A DNA stretch of 64,000 nt from Patescibacteria group bacterium (GCA_018825365.1 JAHJEV010000003.1:2284-66283), one strand, 5' to 3'; positions 1-11,846 are shown, counted from the first letter of the stretch. The notes: generated by a model from the letters alone, not told the origin. Made by a program: numbers and translations.

Positions 1-130
1 TAAGGATTACTGCCGAAACGACAAAGGGTCCGGCGAGCGGTCCCCTACCCACCTCATCAATCCCGGCGATGTATTTTATGCCGTCGTTGTAAAGTTTTCT
101 CTCATATTGAGTAATTTCTTGAAAATGCAT
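1..130 (-). CDS. rnhB: Ribonuclease HII, N-terminal part (gene runs off window start)
   Basis: Minus-strand translation from the ATG at 128-130 gives [43 protein letters not shown]. The [15 protein letters not shown] stretch is the RNase HII catalytic motif. Confidence 0.6.
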   Translation of the reverse strand, partial: MHFQEITQYERKLYNDGIKYIAGIDEVGRGPLAGPFVVSAVIL

Positions 131-164
131 TGGTAGGTATATTTTACGCTAAGGATTATAAAAG

Positions 165-2783
165 TTACTCTTCTTCGCCTTCTTGCGCTTCTTCCATAAT
201 GGCAACGGATGCTACTTTATCCCCTTCGTTAAGCTTTATTAGTCTAACTCCTTGAGTTGCTCTACCAAGTGTAGGTATTTGGTCTACAGATAGTCTTATT
301 ATCTTTCCGGATGTTGTAGCTATGAGCAAATCGCAATCTTCCTCGTGTTTTGAAACCGACATCGCAGATATAAGTGACCCGGTTTTATCCTTGACTTTGT
401 ATGTAAGTATTCCAGAGCCCGCTCTTTTTTGAGTTTTGTACTCATCTGTCGACGTCTTTTTACCGTAACCAAGGTCAGAAACGACTAATAGTTCAATATT
501 TTTATCCTTCTTGGGTATTAATACTGTGCCAACAACTTTATCCTTTTGTTTAGAAAGCTTAATTCCGGTTACTCCTTTTGCGGATCTTCCCATGGATCTG
601 ACATCTTTTTCCTTAAATCTTATAGACTGCCCCATTGATGTGGTAAGAAGTATATCGTCCTCCCCCGATGTTGAATCTACAAATATTAGGTTATCGTCCT
701 TTTCAAGCGTTATGGCGATAATTCCAGCAGTTCTTATATTAGAAAAGTCTCCCATGGCAGTCTTTTTTACTACACCGCGCTCTGTGGTGAAGAAAATGAA
801 GCCCTTTTTGCTTTCTAGCTCTTCATTAGTCTTTGTTAGGAAAGCTTGAACTTTTTCGTCCTGTTTCATACTCAAAAAGTTAATTAATGGCGTCCCTTTA
901 GCATTTCTGGTTGTTTCAGGTATCTCCCAAATTCTCAATTTATATACTTTACCGGTATTTGTGAAGAAAAAGCACCAATCATGGGTATTGCAGATTCTTA
1001 TTGTTACGACTCTATCTTCCTCCCTTAATTCCTGCCCTCTCACGCCCTTTCCGCCGCGTCCCTGCTTCTTGTAGGAGGTTTCTTTAAGCCTTTTGATATA
1101 TCCATTTTCAGATATTGTGACTATGCAGGGTTCTTCAACTATTAAATCTTCATCACTCAACTCCCCTACTTTTCCTTTTATCACCTTGGTTTTTCGTTCA
1201 TCTGAGTACTTCTTTTTTATTTCTTCCAACTCACTTTTAACAAGTGCGATGATTCTTTTAGGTGAAGTCAGAAAATCGTGATAATTCTCTATTGTGTCGA
1301 GTATTGTTTTAAGCTCATCTTCTATCTTTTGTCTCTCAAGTGCGGCCAAACGTCTAAGCTGCATGTCTAAGATTGCTTGAGCCTGTATTTCTGATAGCTC
1401 GAACTTTTTTGTTAAACCCTCCTTAGCAGCATCCGCATCTTTGCTTGATTTAATAAGCTTTATGACAGCATCTAAGTTATCAAGTGCAATTTTCAAGCCT
1501 CTTAGTATGTGCGCTCGTTCCTCGGCTTTTTTGAGTAAATAAATAACTCGTTTCACTACTACTTGTTGTCTGTGCTTGATAAATTCCTCAAGCATAACTT
1601 TAAGAGTCATAAGTTTTGGTTCGTTGTTTAAAAGGGCAACAAAGTTAGAGTTAAACGTGCTTTGAAGTTGGGTATATTTAAAAAGCTGGTTTTTTATCTT
1701 GTTTAATACCGCATCTCTTTTTAACTCAATCACCATTCTTATCCCGTCCTTATTGGATTCATCCCGCAAATCTCCTATTCCGATTACTCTCTTATCTCTT
1801 ACAAGATCCGCAATTTTTGAAATAAGTGTGGATTTATTAACCATGTAAGGAATCTCGGTGACTACAAGTTTTACTTTTTCACCTTTTGACTCCTCTACTT
1901 CCATTTTTGCCCTTGTTACAACTCTTCCGCGCCCTGTCGCATACATTTGAACCATTTCTTTTTGATCGTAAATTATTCCTCCGGTCGGAAAATCAGGTCC
2001 TTGAATTACTTTTGTTAGATCCTCAACATTTGCGGTTGACGAGAAGTCAATTTTTGCTATAGCTGACTCTTCTAGGGGCTGCGATGATGAGTTTTTTAAA
2101 GATTTTGTACTCTTCTCAGGTTTTTTACCCGGTGTTCCAATGTTATCTGCCTTATCAATAAGAATATTTATTCCATCAATTATTTCCCCGAGGTGGTGGG
2201 GAGGTATGTTTGTTGCCATACCAACGGCAATTCCTGTTGCACCATTAAGCAGAAGGTTAGGTAAAAGAGATGGAAGGTAGTTTGGCTCTAAATTTTGAAG
2301 GTCATTTATTGAAAAATTAACAGTTTCCTTATCAATATCAGAATAAAGCTCTTCAGAAATCTTTTCCAGCTTGCACTCTGTGTATCTCATTGCGGCTGGC
2401 GGATCTCCATCAATGCTTCCGAAGTTTCCTTGTGGTTTTATAAGCGGGTATCTTAAGCTGAAATCCTGCCCCATTCGGACAAGCGCGTCATAAATGGAAA
2501 TGTCTCCGTGAGGGTGATACTTGGACATGACGCCTCCAACTACAGTTGCGCATTTGTGGAGTTTCCCCGAAGCGCCCATTCCCGCCTCCTGCATGGAATG
2601 GATAATTCTTCTTTGGACTGGTTTTAGGCCATCTCTCACATCAGGTAGTGCTCGGGATACTATAACGCTCATTGCATAATCAAGATAACCCCCCTGCATT
2701 TCCTTTCCGATATCGGTTTTTATAATATTTGGATCATTAATGATTGGTTCTTGCTTTGTAGTTTTTGGTGTTTCGTCGGCCAT
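165..2783 (-). CDS. gyrA: DNA gyrase subunit A
   Basis: 872-aa ORF. The N-terminus [28 protein letters not shown] is the GyrA signature, and C-terminal beta-pinwheel repeats are present. Confidence 0.95.
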   Translation of the reverse strand: MADETPKTTKQEPIINDPNIIKTDIGKEMQGGYLDYAMSVIVSRALPDVRDGLKPVQRRIIHSMQEAGMGASGKLHKCATVVGGVMSKYHPHGDISIYDALVRMGQDFSLRYPLIKPQGNFGSIDGDPPAAMRYTECKLEKISEELYSDIDKETVNFSINDLQNLEPNYLPSLLPNLLLNGATGIAVGMATNIPPHHLGEIIDGINILIDKADNIGTPGKKPEKSTKSLKNSSSQPLEESAIAKIDFSSTANVEDLTKVIQGPDFPTGGIIYDQKEMVQMYATGRGRVVTRAKMEVEESKGEKVKLVVTEIPYMVNKSTLISKIADLVRDKRVIGIGDLRDESNKDGIRMVIELKRDAVLNKIKNQLFKYTQLQSTFNSNFVALLNNEPKLMTLKVMLEEFIKHRQQVVVKRVIYLLKKAEERAHILRGLKIALDNLDAVIKLIKSSKDADAAKEGLTKKFELSEIQAQAILDMQLRRLAALERQKIEDELKTILDTIENYHDFLTSPKRIIALVKSELEEIKKKYSDERKTKVIKGKVGELSDEDLIVEEPCIVTISENGYIKRLKETSYKKQGRGGKGVRGQELREEDRVVTIRICNTHDWCFFFTNTGKVYKLRIWEIPETTRNAKGTPLINFLSMKQDEKVQAFLTKTNEELESKKGFIFFTTERGVVKKTAMGDFSNIRTAGIIAITLEKDDNLIFVDSTSGEDDILLTTSMGQSIRFKEKDVRSMGRSAKGVTGIKLSKQKDKVVGTVLIPKKDKNIELLVVSDLGYGKKTSTDEYKTQKRAGSGILTYKVKDKTGSLISAMSVSKHEEDCDLLIATTSGKIIRLSVDQIPTLGRATQGVRLIKLNEGDKVASVAIMEEAQEGEEE

Positions 2784-2885
2784 AACCTAGTAATTTTAAC
2801 AGGTTTTATTACGCTTTTAAATAGTTTTTAAGTGGAAGATGAAAAAGAAAGCCCGATATTTTTTGTATCAGGCTTTCGTCTGGAT

Positions 2886-3458
2886 TTACATGATTCTTGA
2901 TAGAAACTGATTCAACATTTTGCCAGTTTCTTCAGAACTCTTTTTATTCGCGGAGATTATGAGTGACAGTATGTTGTTCACTTCGGATTTTCTCAGCTTC
3001 CTTTCGGGCAGCCTACCAGGGATATCCGGCGAGTACTTCATTTGGAAGTCAAATCTGATGGCCCAATACTTGATCGGATTGAAATAGTAATGAGGCGACT
3101 GGGTTACCTTCATAACGGGACGAAGTGCCAACCCTTTCCCTCTGACCGCCGTCTGTTCGTCTGATTCCATTGTCTCAATGTTGTACCAGGTGGGATGGAT
3201 GAGCCTGGGTATCCAAACAAAGAGAAAACTCCCGATTTGGCACGATTTGGGTCTGGCAGTTATCACGATTTCCGCGTTGCCAACCACGCCAAGGCGCCAG
3301 TGTAGCCTTATGGTGATCGCGCCTAGGTCAATATGGTACCAGTGGCTAAATGTTTCTGAAGGCAACTGCTCCGCGCTTATCAACTTTTTTACTTTCGTTT
3401 TCATTTCTCTGCTCCTCTCTTTCTTTGTATTTTGGTTGTATTTTACACTACGGGTCAA
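2886..3458 (-). CDS. Hypothetical protein (start possibly at the internal Met near 3404)
   Basis: 190-aa ORF filling the gap between gyrA and the DHH gene. No motif recognised. Confidence 0.35.
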   Translation of the reverse strand: MTRSVKYNQNTKKERSREMKTKVKKLISAEQLPSETFSHWYHIDLGAITIRLHWRLGVVGNAEIVITARPKSCQIGSFLFVWIPRLIHPTWYNIETMESDEQTAVRGKGLALRPVMKVTQSPHYYFNPIKYWAIRFDFQMKYSPDIPGRLPERKLRKSEVNNILSLIISANKKSSEETGKMLNQFLSRIM

Positions 3459-4375
3459 ATGTTTTGTAGTTCCTTAACAATTTCTTTTCTAAGTATTAAA
3501 TCATTCGTTTCAGCAACCCCATCTTTGAACTTAATATCTAACAAATTTTCCAGCATCTTTTTTACCTCTTCATTTTCCGAATAGATATAGTTTCTGCCTT
3601 TAGATATACATGGGGAGTTAAAAAACCACTGATTGTGGTCAAACTCATTTAAAACCTCTTTAATTAAAGGTTTGTAGTCGGCCACAAACTTTCTAGCATC
3701 CCAAAGCTCCATCTGTCCTATTGTGACTTTCATTTTTAGGTTTGGAAATTCAATTATTTTAATATCATTAATGATTGCTTCTCTTGGATTTTTATAAACG
3801 CTGTCTTCTTGGTCAAGAAAATATTTCTCAATCCATGTTTTTGAAAGATCCACAACCAAAGACAGCTCTTTGAAAGCTTCTACGTCCCGAGGGGATGTGA
3901 TTTTTGCCTTAAAGTTAAGAGTGTTTGAAACTATTGCGGCGTAAAGCAGTTTTGCGCTTGTTTGAGATACCTTTTCGGCAAAACCCCGTTTTTTGTACTG
4001 TTCCCATATGAGTGTTGCACACGAACCGATAAGTTCTATTTTGGCTTTGTCGCCTATCTGCTCTTTCCAGTATTTTTCAAATCCGCTGTGATGGTCATAA
4101 ATCTCAATAATGTTTTCAGTTTTAACAAAATCCGGAAACTGTTCCGGATAAGATGCGTCCACTATTACGTAGGAGATATCCGGGTCGTTTGGTTTTGCCT
4201 CGTATTTATATCCCCAAGACTTTATTTCATCCGTAATACTGCTGTTTGGTTCTTCCGTTATGTAGCCGGCTGCGTCCGAGCCTTGAAGGTTTAGGAGTTC
4301 TGTGTAGGCTACAACGCAGGCCAGTGCGTCTATATCGTTTGTATACTTTGAGGCAGTTACTCCTATTTTTGGCAT
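3455..4375 (-). CDS. DHH-family phosphoesterase (divergent)
   Basis: The DHH motif (IEIYDHHSGF) sits in a protein of about 300 aa with N-terminal Asp-rich metal-binding strands. No clear GGGH/DHHA1 motif was seen. Confidence 0.45.
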   Translation of the reverse strand: MPKIGVTASKYTNDIDALACVVAYTELLNLQGSDAAGYITEEPNSSITDEIKSWGYKYEAKPNDPDISYVIVDASYPEQFPDFVKTENIIEIYDHHSGFEKYWKEQIGDKAKIELIGSCATLIWEQYKKRGFAEKVSQTSAKLLYAAIVSNTLNFKAKITSPRDVEAFKELSLVVDLSKTWIEKYFLDQEDSVYKNPREAIINDIKIIEFPNLKMKVTIGQMELWDARKFVADYKPLIKEVLNEFDHNQWFFNSPCISKGRNYIYSENEEVKKMLENLLDIKFKDGVAETNDLILRKEIVKELQNI

Positions 4376-4424
4376 TGTAATTAGAATATCAGATAGTTTG
4401 GATTATTTGTACAGAGTAAATTTG

Positions 4425-4712
4425 TCAAAGCCACTTGTGTGGTTCGTAGGTTCCTTTGACCTTCTGAAGTTTCTTTCGCTTCACAATTTTCTTGGGCTTT
4501 GATTTACTAGATATTTCTTCAATCATATTTACAACTTGTATAATTCTCGCCTTCATCTGGCATTCTTTCTCAAACCAGTAGTCATAAGCAAAATTTTCCC
4601 TTAAATCTTTGTTCTCTTCTGCGGCAAGACCTTTTTCAAAAATTACTTTAGACCTTTCTTCTCTTAGTTTCACAAGCTCATTTCTTAATTTGTCTATTTT
4701 TGTTTCTTCCAT
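4425..4712 (-). CDS. GreA/GreB N-terminal coiled-coil domain-only protein
   Basis: LRENFAYDYWFEKECQMKARIIQ resembles the GreA N-domain (ENAEY...AKEEQ). There is a K-rich tail and no FKBP-like C-domain. Start taken at the internal Met MEETK. Confidence 0.4.
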   Translation of the reverse strand: MEETKIDKLRNELVKLREERSKVIFEKGLAAEENKDLRENFAYDYWFEKECQMKARIIQVVNMIEEISSKSKPKKIVKRKKLQKVKGTYEPHKWL

Positions 4713-4885
4713 GTAGTTATGTTTACCAAAAATGTTGACCTTGCCGCAAGGGGGTGGTAAGATGTTAACATTAGAAAGTCTAGAAATAGGCTTTAGAGGG
4801 ATCTGAAAGGATTCTTTTTTTATGACACAAAACCCTCCATGCATTTAGTTACGAGGGGAGTCTGTGAGGGTTTCTGGGGTTTGTG

Positions 4886-6865
4886 TTACATAATATCTAA
4901 ATTTGCCTGTTTAGCGTGTGTGGTTATAAATCTTTTTCTTGGGGCGACCTCTTCTCCCATCAACATTTCAAAAATCTCATCTGCAGCTTCTGCGTCTTCA
5001 GCTGTGATTTGTTTTAGTCTTCTTGTTTCCGGATTCATTGTGGTTTCCCAAAGCTCTTCCGCGTTCATTTCTCCGAGTCCTTTAAATCTTTGAACGATTG
5101 CCTTTTTACCTTCCGCAGTTTTCAGAAATTCTTCCCTATCTCTATCCGTGAATAAGTATCTCTTCTCTTTTCCCCAAGTTGCTTTGTATAGAGGCGGGAC
5201 TGCAACATAAACATGCCCCTGTAAAATCAGTTCCGGCATGTGTCTATAAAAAAACGTCAGGTGAAGTGAGTTTATATGCATTCCATCAGCGTCAGCATCG
5301 GCCATAATAATGATTTTGTTGTATCTTATCTTTGAAATATCAAATTGATCCCCTATTCCGCATCCGATTGCTATAATCATTGCCTTAAACTTGTCGGAGT
5401 CGACAATTTTATCAAGTCTTGCTCTTTCTGTATTTAAAACCTTGCCAAATATCGGAAGAATGGCCTGATAGTTTCTGTTTCTCCCCTGTTTTGCTGAGCC
5501 TCCTGCGGAATCTCCCTCAACAATGAAAAGTTCGCTTCTTTCAGCGTCCTTTTCGGAGCAGTCGGCAAGTTTTCCTGGTAATACTCCCCCGCCCTCAAGC
5601 GCTGTTTTTCTGATAACAGTGTCTCTTGCAGCTTTTGCTGCCATTCTTGCTTTAAATGAAAGGAGATTTTTCTCAATAATTGAGTTTGCATCTTTGGGGT
5701 TTTCATCTAAAAACTGCTCTAAGGCTTCTTTTACGACCGTTTCAACGGCTACTCTTACATTAGTGTTTCCAAGTTTAGCTTTTGTTTGCCCTTCAAACTG
5801 CAATGTTGCTGAGTCTAAGGATATGGAAATTATAGCCGTTAGACCCTCTCTGAGGTCATCTCCTGTAAGATTTAGGTCTTTGTCCTTTAACGCCCCGCTT
5901 TTTCGTGCGTAATCATTTACACAGCGTGTCAAGGCGCTTCTAAATCCTGTTAAATGGGTTCCTCCTTCGATGTTCTTCAAATGGTTTGCAAAGCAGATAA
6001 CATTTTCTCTAAATGTGTCGTTGTACTGCAGTGCAACTTCAACATTAACTTCGTCGTATTCTTTTTGACAGTAAAATGGTTTAGAATTTAAAACTCCGTG
6101 GTTTCTATTCAAGGCTTCCAAGTACGCTTTTATTCCGCCCTCAAAGTAAAAACTGTACTTTCGATCAATTCTATGATCCAATATGTCGAATTTTATTCCA
6201 GCTGTAAGATATGCGTACTCTCTTATCTGTTGAACGAAGAATTTATAATCAAAGTCTATAGTTTCAAAAATAGTTGCATCGGGTTTGAACTGAACGATAG
6301 TCATTGGTTCGTAATTCCACCCCTCGAGATCTATGTTCCACTCAGCATTTTTAAGTTTGCTAAGTTTATTAAGATCCAGCTTTTCAACCGGTCTTATCTT
6401 GTTTCCGCCCTTTTCGTATTCCTGAATTACTGTTTTGTCCCCTCTTTTTGTTATTACCCGAAACCACTCTGATAGCGCGTTAACAACCGAAGATCCAACT
6501 CCGTGAAGACCTGAGGAGACTTTGTATCCCCCGCCGCCAAATTTTCCTCCTGCATGAAGTTTTGTGAAGGCAAGCTCAAGTGCGCTTACACCATATTCCT
6601 TTTTAATATCAAAGGGAACTCCTCTTCCATTATCATAAACCGCAACCGACCCGTCCTTGCAAAATTCTAGTTTGATATGATTGGCGTAGCCACCAATTGC
6701 CTCGTCCATTGAGTTGTTAACAATTTCGGTGACCAGGTGGTGTAATCCTTCCTGTCCTGTGGAACCGACGTACATTCCGGGTCTTTTTCTTACTGGATCA
6801 AGTCCTTCAAGTACTTGAATTTGTTCCGCTCCATATTCGCTTGGGTTTTTAGGTTTATTTACCAC
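4886..6865 (-). CDS. gyrB: DNA gyrase subunit B
   Basis: 659 aa. The GHKL ATPase N-terminus (GLHHLVTEIVNNSMDEA), the Toprim domain and the C-terminal GyrB tail are all recognisable. Confidence 0.95.
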   Translation of the reverse strand: MVNKPKNPSEYGAEQIQVLEGLDPVRKRPGMYVGSTGQEGLHHLVTEIVNNSMDEAIGGYANHIKLEFCKDGSVAVYDNGRGVPFDIKKEYGVSALELAFTKLHAGGKFGGGGYKVSSGLHGVGSSVVNALSEWFRVITKRGDKTVIQEYEKGGNKIRPVEKLDLNKLSKLKNAEWNIDLEGWNYEPMTIVQFKPDATIFETIDFDYKFFVQQIREYAYLTAGIKFDILDHRIDRKYSFYFEGGIKAYLEALNRNHGVLNSKPFYCQKEYDEVNVEVALQYNDTFRENVICFANHLKNIEGGTHLTGFRSALTRCVNDYARKSGALKDKDLNLTGDDLREGLTAIISISLDSATLQFEGQTKAKLGNTNVRVAVETVVKEALEQFLDENPKDANSIIEKNLLSFKARMAAKAARDTVIRKTALEGGGVLPGKLADCSEKDAERSELFIVEGDSAGGSAKQGRNRNYQAILPIFGKVLNTERARLDKIVDSDKFKAMIIAIGCGIGDQFDISKIRYNKIIIMADADADGMHINSLHLTFFYRHMPELILQGHVYVAVPPLYKATWGKEKRYLFTDRDREEFLKTAEGKKAIVQRFKGLGEMNAEELWETTMNPETRRLKQITAEDAEAADEIFEMLMGEEVAPRKRFITTHAKQANLDIM

Positions 6866-6938
6866 TTATATGTCGTTAAAATTATTTGACTTATATATTT
6901 TACTGGCAGGATGGACTTTTAACAAGGGTTTTTCACTC

Positions 6939-7664
6939 TCACAGGGTGCCCGAAAAGCTTATAACTAAAGCCTCCATCGATATTCTTTGGTTTACATTGC
7001 TGTTTTCTAAATCCTTTTTAATCTCAATAATTCTCTTTATGTTTTTAAGTCTGTTTTCATCCCTTGGTCTTTTTAAGATCATGTCCCTCGCCTCCTCTAT
7101 CCAACATTCCAAAAGTTCCAATATTGTTTCTTTTTCCTCTTTGGAAATTTCTGATGCAAATTCAAGTCTTTTTCCAAGGTTCATTTTTAGGATTTTTTCC
7201 AATGAACTGCTGTTTTCAACAACCGCGCACCCCCTTGGTTTTCTAATAGGTAGCATCCGACATCTGGACACGACAGTTTCGAGTAGTGAGTTTTGAGTTT
7301 TGGAAGAAAGAAGAATCAGTGCATACGCCGGTGGCTCCTCCAAAGTTTTGAGAAGCGAGTTTTGCGCCTGAATGGTTAATTTTTCGCAGTCCAGTATTAC
7401 TAGAAATTTCTTTTGATATGAAAACGGTCGCTCTTGAAGAAACTTAACCCCCTCTCTTGTCTGAGAAATGCCGATTGTTTTTTCATCCTCCAAAAGTGCA
7501 ACGATTTTTATATCGGCTTTCTCAGAAAGATCTTTAGTCTTTTCAAAGTCTTTGTTAGCTTCAGAATTAACAATCTCAACAATCTTTTCTTCCCGAAGAT
7601 TTTTTGTGGAACCAAATATCAAAACACTTCCGTTCATGGTTAGATTATAACTTATAAAAAACAA
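6939..7664 (-). CDS. holB: DNA polymerase III delta-prime subunit-like
   Basis: Box motifs FLVILDCEKLTIQAQNSLLKTLEEPP and SRC, arranged as in a clamp-loader small subunit. Confidence 0.65.
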   Translation of the reverse strand: MFFISYNLTMNGSVLIFGSTKNLREEKIVEIVNSEANKDFEKTKDLSEKADIKIVALLEDEKTIGISQTREGVKFLQERPFSYQKKFLVILDCEKLTIQAQNSLLKTLEEPPAYALILLSSKTQNSLLETVVSRCRMLPIRKPRGCAVVENSSSLEKILKMNLGKRLEFASEISKEEKETILELLECWIEEARDMILKRPRDENRLKNIKRIIEIKKDLENSNVNQRISMEALVISFSGTL

Positions 7665-7778
7665 AAAATAATTTTTGGGGGTTTACAACAATTTCTGGCG
7701 TACCTTATAAACACTACGTCTTATTGAACTTGATAGACATAGTTGTTACCATTTATACTAAGAAAGTTAATCTGCCCT

Positions 7779-9539
7779 ATGACAAAACTTGATAAGATAA
7801 AAACTGTCGCTGACGTTTTGTACGAAAAAAAACTAATAACCTCAGATCAGTTGTCGGCAATAAAATTTGAAAATGTAAACACTGGAAAAAGTATTGAAAG
7901 TCTCATCAAAGAAAGAGGCTATGTAAACGGTGAGAATTTTGCTGAAGCTTTTGGTGAAGTATACAAAATTCCCTACACTACTCTTGTTCCCGGTCAGCTG
8001 GAACCCCAACTTTTGGACATTATTCCGCTTGAAATAGCAAGAAAATACAAAGTAGTTCCTATCAGTGTTGATGAAAAGAAACTTGACCTTGCGATGGTTG
8101 ATCCACTCGACCTTCAAACGATAGATTTCATTGAAAGGAAAACCGGCTTAAAAGTAATTCCCCACATTGTCACAGAAAAAACAATTGACAAGGTATTGGA
8201 AGAGCAAAAAGGAAAAGAACTTGGTGAGGAAATTACAGCTGCAATGGAGGAGATCTCACAGACGACTTTAAAGATTGAAGAAAGTCACGGAGAGTTGACG
8301 GACGCAACAATTAGAGACGCACCTATTGCAAGAATAGTAGGAATGATTTTGGAAACAGCAGTAAAATCGGGAGCCTCTGATGTTCACATTGAACCTGGTG
8401 AGGAGTCCTGCAGATTAAGATACAGAGTCGACGGAATTTTGGCCGAGAAAAGAACTCTTCCAAAGGAAATGACCGAATCGGTGGTTGCGAGAATAAAAAT
8501 TCTTGCCGGAATGAAAATTGATGAGAAAAGAATTCCGCAGGACGGAAGATTCAAAGTTCAGGTTGGAAAAATAGAAACAGATTTGAGAGTCTCTACCCTT
8601 CCTACTATATATGGGGAAAAAGTTGTTATCAGACTTTTGAGGGAACAGGGGGCTGTTTTTACATACAAAGATCTTGGCATGAGGGGGCTTACCTTAAAAA
8701 GACTTGAAGAAATGGTTTTAAAGCCAAACGGAATGATTTTGGTTACCGGACCCACCTCTTCTGGTAAGACTGTTACACTGGCATCCACTTTAGATAGATT
8801 AAATACCGCAAGAGTAAATATAGTAACGGTTGAGGATCCGGTTGAAATTAGAGTTCCGGGTGTAAATCAGGTACAGATTAATGTTCAAGCAGGCCTTACA
8901 TTTGCAACCGGCCTAAGATCTTTCCTTAGGCAGGACCCCAACATTATAATGGTGGGAGAAATAAGAGACGACGAAACCGCTGAGCTTGCCGTACACGCAG
9001 CACTAACCGGGCATTTGGTTTTGTCTACTTTACACACAAACTCTGCTTCAGGCGCGCTTCCAAGACTTATGGATATGGGAGTTGAAGACTTTTTCCTGGT
9101 GTCAACGGTCATAGGCGTACTTGCCCAAAGACTTGTTAGAAAGGTTTGCAAGTATTGCGTTCAGGAATACGAACCTCCGAAAGAAATCGCTGATGAAATT
9201 GCCGCAGTTTTACAGGAATTATCAAAAAATACTGTTCTTATGACTAAAGATCCGGAAAATGCAAAACTTGTAAAGACACTTTTAGAAAAAAACAAACCTG
9301 TTTTATTCAGAGGAAAGGGATGTCCAAAATGCACCGCAGGGTACACGGGAAGAGTTGGTATTTTTGAGCTTTTACAGATGAGCGAAAAAATCGGAGAGGC
9401 GACACTTGCAAAATCTCCGGCGACAAAGATTGAACAGATTGCAAAACAAGAGGGGATGATTACACTTATGCAAGATGGTTATTTAAGAGCGTTGGAAGGT
9501 TCCACGACTCTTGAGGAAGTAATGAGAGTCACAAAGTGA
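7779..9539 (+). CDS. pilB: Type IV pilus assembly ATPase PilB (GspE family)
   Basis: N-terminal GSPII domain, Walker A GPTSSGKT, and a C-terminal tetracysteine (CKYC...CPKC). Start taken at the ATG at 7779; the track's upstream alternative start is unlikely. Confidence 0.9.
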   Translation: MTKLDKIKTVADVLYEKKLITSDQLSAIKFENVNTGKSIESLIKERGYVNGENFAEAFGEVYKIPYTTLVPGQLEPQLLDIIPLEIARKYKVVPISVDEKKLDLAMVDPLDLQTIDFIERKTGLKVIPHIVTEKTIDKVLEEQKGKELGEEITAAMEEISQTTLKIEESHGELTDATIRDAPIARIVGMILETAVKSGASDVHIEPGEESCRLRYRVDGILAEKRTLPKEMTESVVARIKILAGMKIDEKRIPQDGRFKVQVGKIETDLRVSTLPTIYGEKVVIRLLREQGAVFTYKDLGMRGLTLKRLEEMVLKPNGMILVTGPTSSGKTVTLASTLDRLNTARVNIVTVEDPVEIRVPGVNQVQINVQAGLTFATGLRSFLRQDPNIIMVGEIRDDETAELAVHAALTGHLVLSTLHTNSASGALPRLMDMGVEDFFLVSTVIGVLAQRLVRKVCKYCVQEYEPPKEIADEIAAVLQELSKNTVLMTKDPENAKLVKTLLEKNKPVLFRGKGCPKCTAGYTGRVGIFELLQMSEKIGEATLAKSPATKIEQIAKQEGMITLMQDGYLRALEGSTTLEEVMRVTK

Positions 9540-10600
9540 AACTAAATGCAACTCAGATTCTGGAAAAAGTTGTTGATATGAATGCTTCGGACCTTCATGT
9601 GTCTGTCGGTTCAAGGCCCCATGTCAGGATAAATACACAACTTCAGCCTCTTGGGGACTATCCTGTTTTAACAACCGATGATTTAGAATACATCCTTTCC
9701 CAAATTTTAGATGCTAAGCAAAGAGAACTCTTGGAAATAAACAAGGAACTGGATTTTTCAATTGCTCTTGGTCAAAAAGCCAGGTTTAGAATAAACGCCT
9801 ATTTTCAGAAAGGCTACCCAGCAATAGCTTTTAGACATATTCCCCTTGAAGTACCGACGTTTGAGCAACTTCATTTACCCGCCAACCTTGAAACGATATG
9901 TAATTTAAAACAGGGTCTTATCATTGTTGCAGGCCCCGCAGGGCATGGTAAGTCAACAACTATTGCGTCAATGATGGAAAGAATAAATACCACAAGAGCC
10001 GAGCACATAATTACCATCGAAGATCCTATTGAATACATTTTCTCAAGTAAAAAATCATTAATTGAGCAAAGAGAAATGTTTTTGGATACCCATTCATGGG
10101 AAGTTGCTCTAAAATCTATTTTAAGACAGGACCCGAATATAGTTTTTATAGGGGAAATGAGAGACGTGGATACAATGAGATCCGCTCTTCAAATAGCTGA
10201 AACCGGACATCTAGTTTTTACTACGCTTCATACAAACTCGGCCGCTCAAACAGTGGACAGAATAATTTCTTCGTTCCCGGCGGAAAAACAAGGTGAAATA
10301 AAAAACCAACTGGGATCTGTTATCGAAGTTGTTATTTCAGAAAGACTTCTGCCCTCGGCGTCACTGGGGGTAGTTCCTGCTTTTGAAATTATGGTTAATA
10401 CTGACGCAATCTCAAATCTTATAAGAGAAGGAAAACCGCATATGATCGATAACGTTATTAATACAGGCTCTCAGTTTGGGATGATTAGTCTTGAGAAAAG
10501 TATGGCAGAGTTGGTAAAAAGCGGAATTATTACATTTGAAGATGCGATAAAGTTTGCATCCAGGCCAAACGAGTTAAAAAGGTTTGTAGACCGAGAATAA
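9536..10600 (+). CDS. pilT: Twitching-motility retraction ATPase PilT
   Basis: ASDLHVSVG, Walker A GPAGHGKST, and the GEMRD and HLVFTTLHTNSAAQTVDRI motifs. A GTG start overlaps the pilB stop (GTGA). Confidence 0.9.
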   Translation: MKLNATQILEKVVDMNASDLHVSVGSRPHVRINTQLQPLGDYPVLTTDDLEYILSQILDAKQRELLEINKELDFSIALGQKARFRINAYFQKGYPAIAFRHIPLEVPTFEQLHLPANLETICNLKQGLIIVAGPAGHGKSTTIASMMERINTTRAEHIITIEDPIEYIFSSKKSLIEQREMFLDTHSWEVALKSILRQDPNIVFIGEMRDVDTMRSALQIAETGHLVFTTLHTNSAAQTVDRIISSFPAEKQGEIKNQLGSVIEVVISERLLPSASLGVVPAFEIMVNTDAISNLIREGKPHMIDNVINTGSQFGMISLEKSMAELVKSGIITFEDAIKFASRPNELKRFVDRE

Positions 10601-10603
10601 AAT

Positions 10604-11806
10604 ATGCCAATTTTTGATTACACTGCGAAAAATTCATTTGGTAAGTCTATAAGCGGAAGCGTTGATGCAAGATCCCAAGAAATTGCCGTTTCTCTTTTGA
10701 AAAACCAGGGGCTTACGGTTATCGGAATGAATGAAAAGAAAATGTCTTTCATTGATCAGTTCCTGAATTTTAGAGGAGTGCCGAAAGGAGAGACTGTAGC
10801 TTTTACAAGACAGCTTTCTACAATGATCTCAGCAGGTCTTCCAATATCAAGAGCATTGGAGGTTTTGGCCAACCAATCAACAAACAGAAGTTTTAGAAAA
10901 ATAGTTACTGAGGTACTTCGATCTGTTGAAGGCGGTGTATCGCTTTCGATGTCTTTGGCAATTTATCCAAGGGTTTTCAATGAAACATATGTTTCATTGG
11001 TCAAAGCTGGTGAGTCCTCTGGTAAACTGGATTTAATTTTGAAAAAACTTGCGGAAAACATGGAAGCGGAAAGAGATCTTGACTCAAAGTTCAAATCCGC
11101 AATGATCTACCCCATCATAGTTTTTATCGCTATGATTGGGGTTTTCATCATTCTTATGGTTTTTGTCATCCCCAAACTTTCAGAGATGTACACGAATATG
11201 AATATTGAGTTGCCCCTTATCACGAGAGCTATGATTTCGGTCTCCACCTTCATGGTGAGATATGTTTATATCGTTCTCATTTTACTCATAGGTGCGATTT
11301 TAGGGATAAGGTCATTTGCAATGTCAAAAAAAGGAAGAGCAATTATTTCCGAAATTACTATCAAAATTCCGGTGTTTGGAAAAATTACACTTCAAAAAGA
11401 TTTTTCGAGATTCAGTAGAACTCTGTCTTTACTTATAAACTCAGGCGTACCCATTGTTGAATCGCTAAACATAGTCTCAACGTTAATGTCCAGCCAAACT
11501 TTAAAAAATGCAGTTTTAGATGCGGCAACACAGGTTGAAAAAGGCCAGTCACTTTCAAACTATTTCAGAAGTACAACAAAATTCCCTCCCCTTTTAGGCC
11601 AGATGGCCGGAGTTGGCGAGGAAACAGGAAGAATGGACGAAGTTTTGGAAAGGGTCGCGATTTATTATGAAGGTGAGGTTGACAACATGGTTAAGGGTTT
11701 ATCTTCGGCCCTTGAGCCGATAATTCTTGTGATGCTTGGTGTTATGGTAGGGTTTTTGATCATATCGATCATAACTCCTATCTACAAGCTAACCAGTTCT
11801 ATTTAA
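10604..11806 (+). CDS. pilC: Type IV pilus inner-membrane platform protein PilC (GspF family)
   Basis: 400 aa with two GspF repeats and 3 transmembrane segments, located immediately after pilT. Confidence 0.85.
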   Translation: MPIFDYTAKNSFGKSISGSVDARSQEIAVSLLKNQGLTVIGMNEKKMSFIDQFLNFRGVPKGETVAFTRQLSTMISAGLPISRALEVLANQSTNRSFRKIVTEVLRSVEGGVSLSMSLAIYPRVFNETYVSLVKAGESSGKLDLILKKLAENMEAERDLDSKFKSAMIYPIIVFIAMIGVFIILMVFVIPKLSEMYTNMNIELPLITRAMISVSTFMVRYVYIVLILLIGAILGIRSFAMSKKGRAIISEITIKIPVFGKITLQKDFSRFSRTLSLLINSGVPIVESLNIVSTLMSSQTLKNAVLDAATQVEKGQSLSNYFRSTTKFPPLLGQMAGVGEETGRMDEVLERVAIYYEGEVDNMVKGLSSALEPIILVMLGVMVGFLIISIITPIYKLTSSI

Positions 11807-11846
11807 GAAGAATATAATTTATTAACTTAAAGGAGGTGAATAAAAT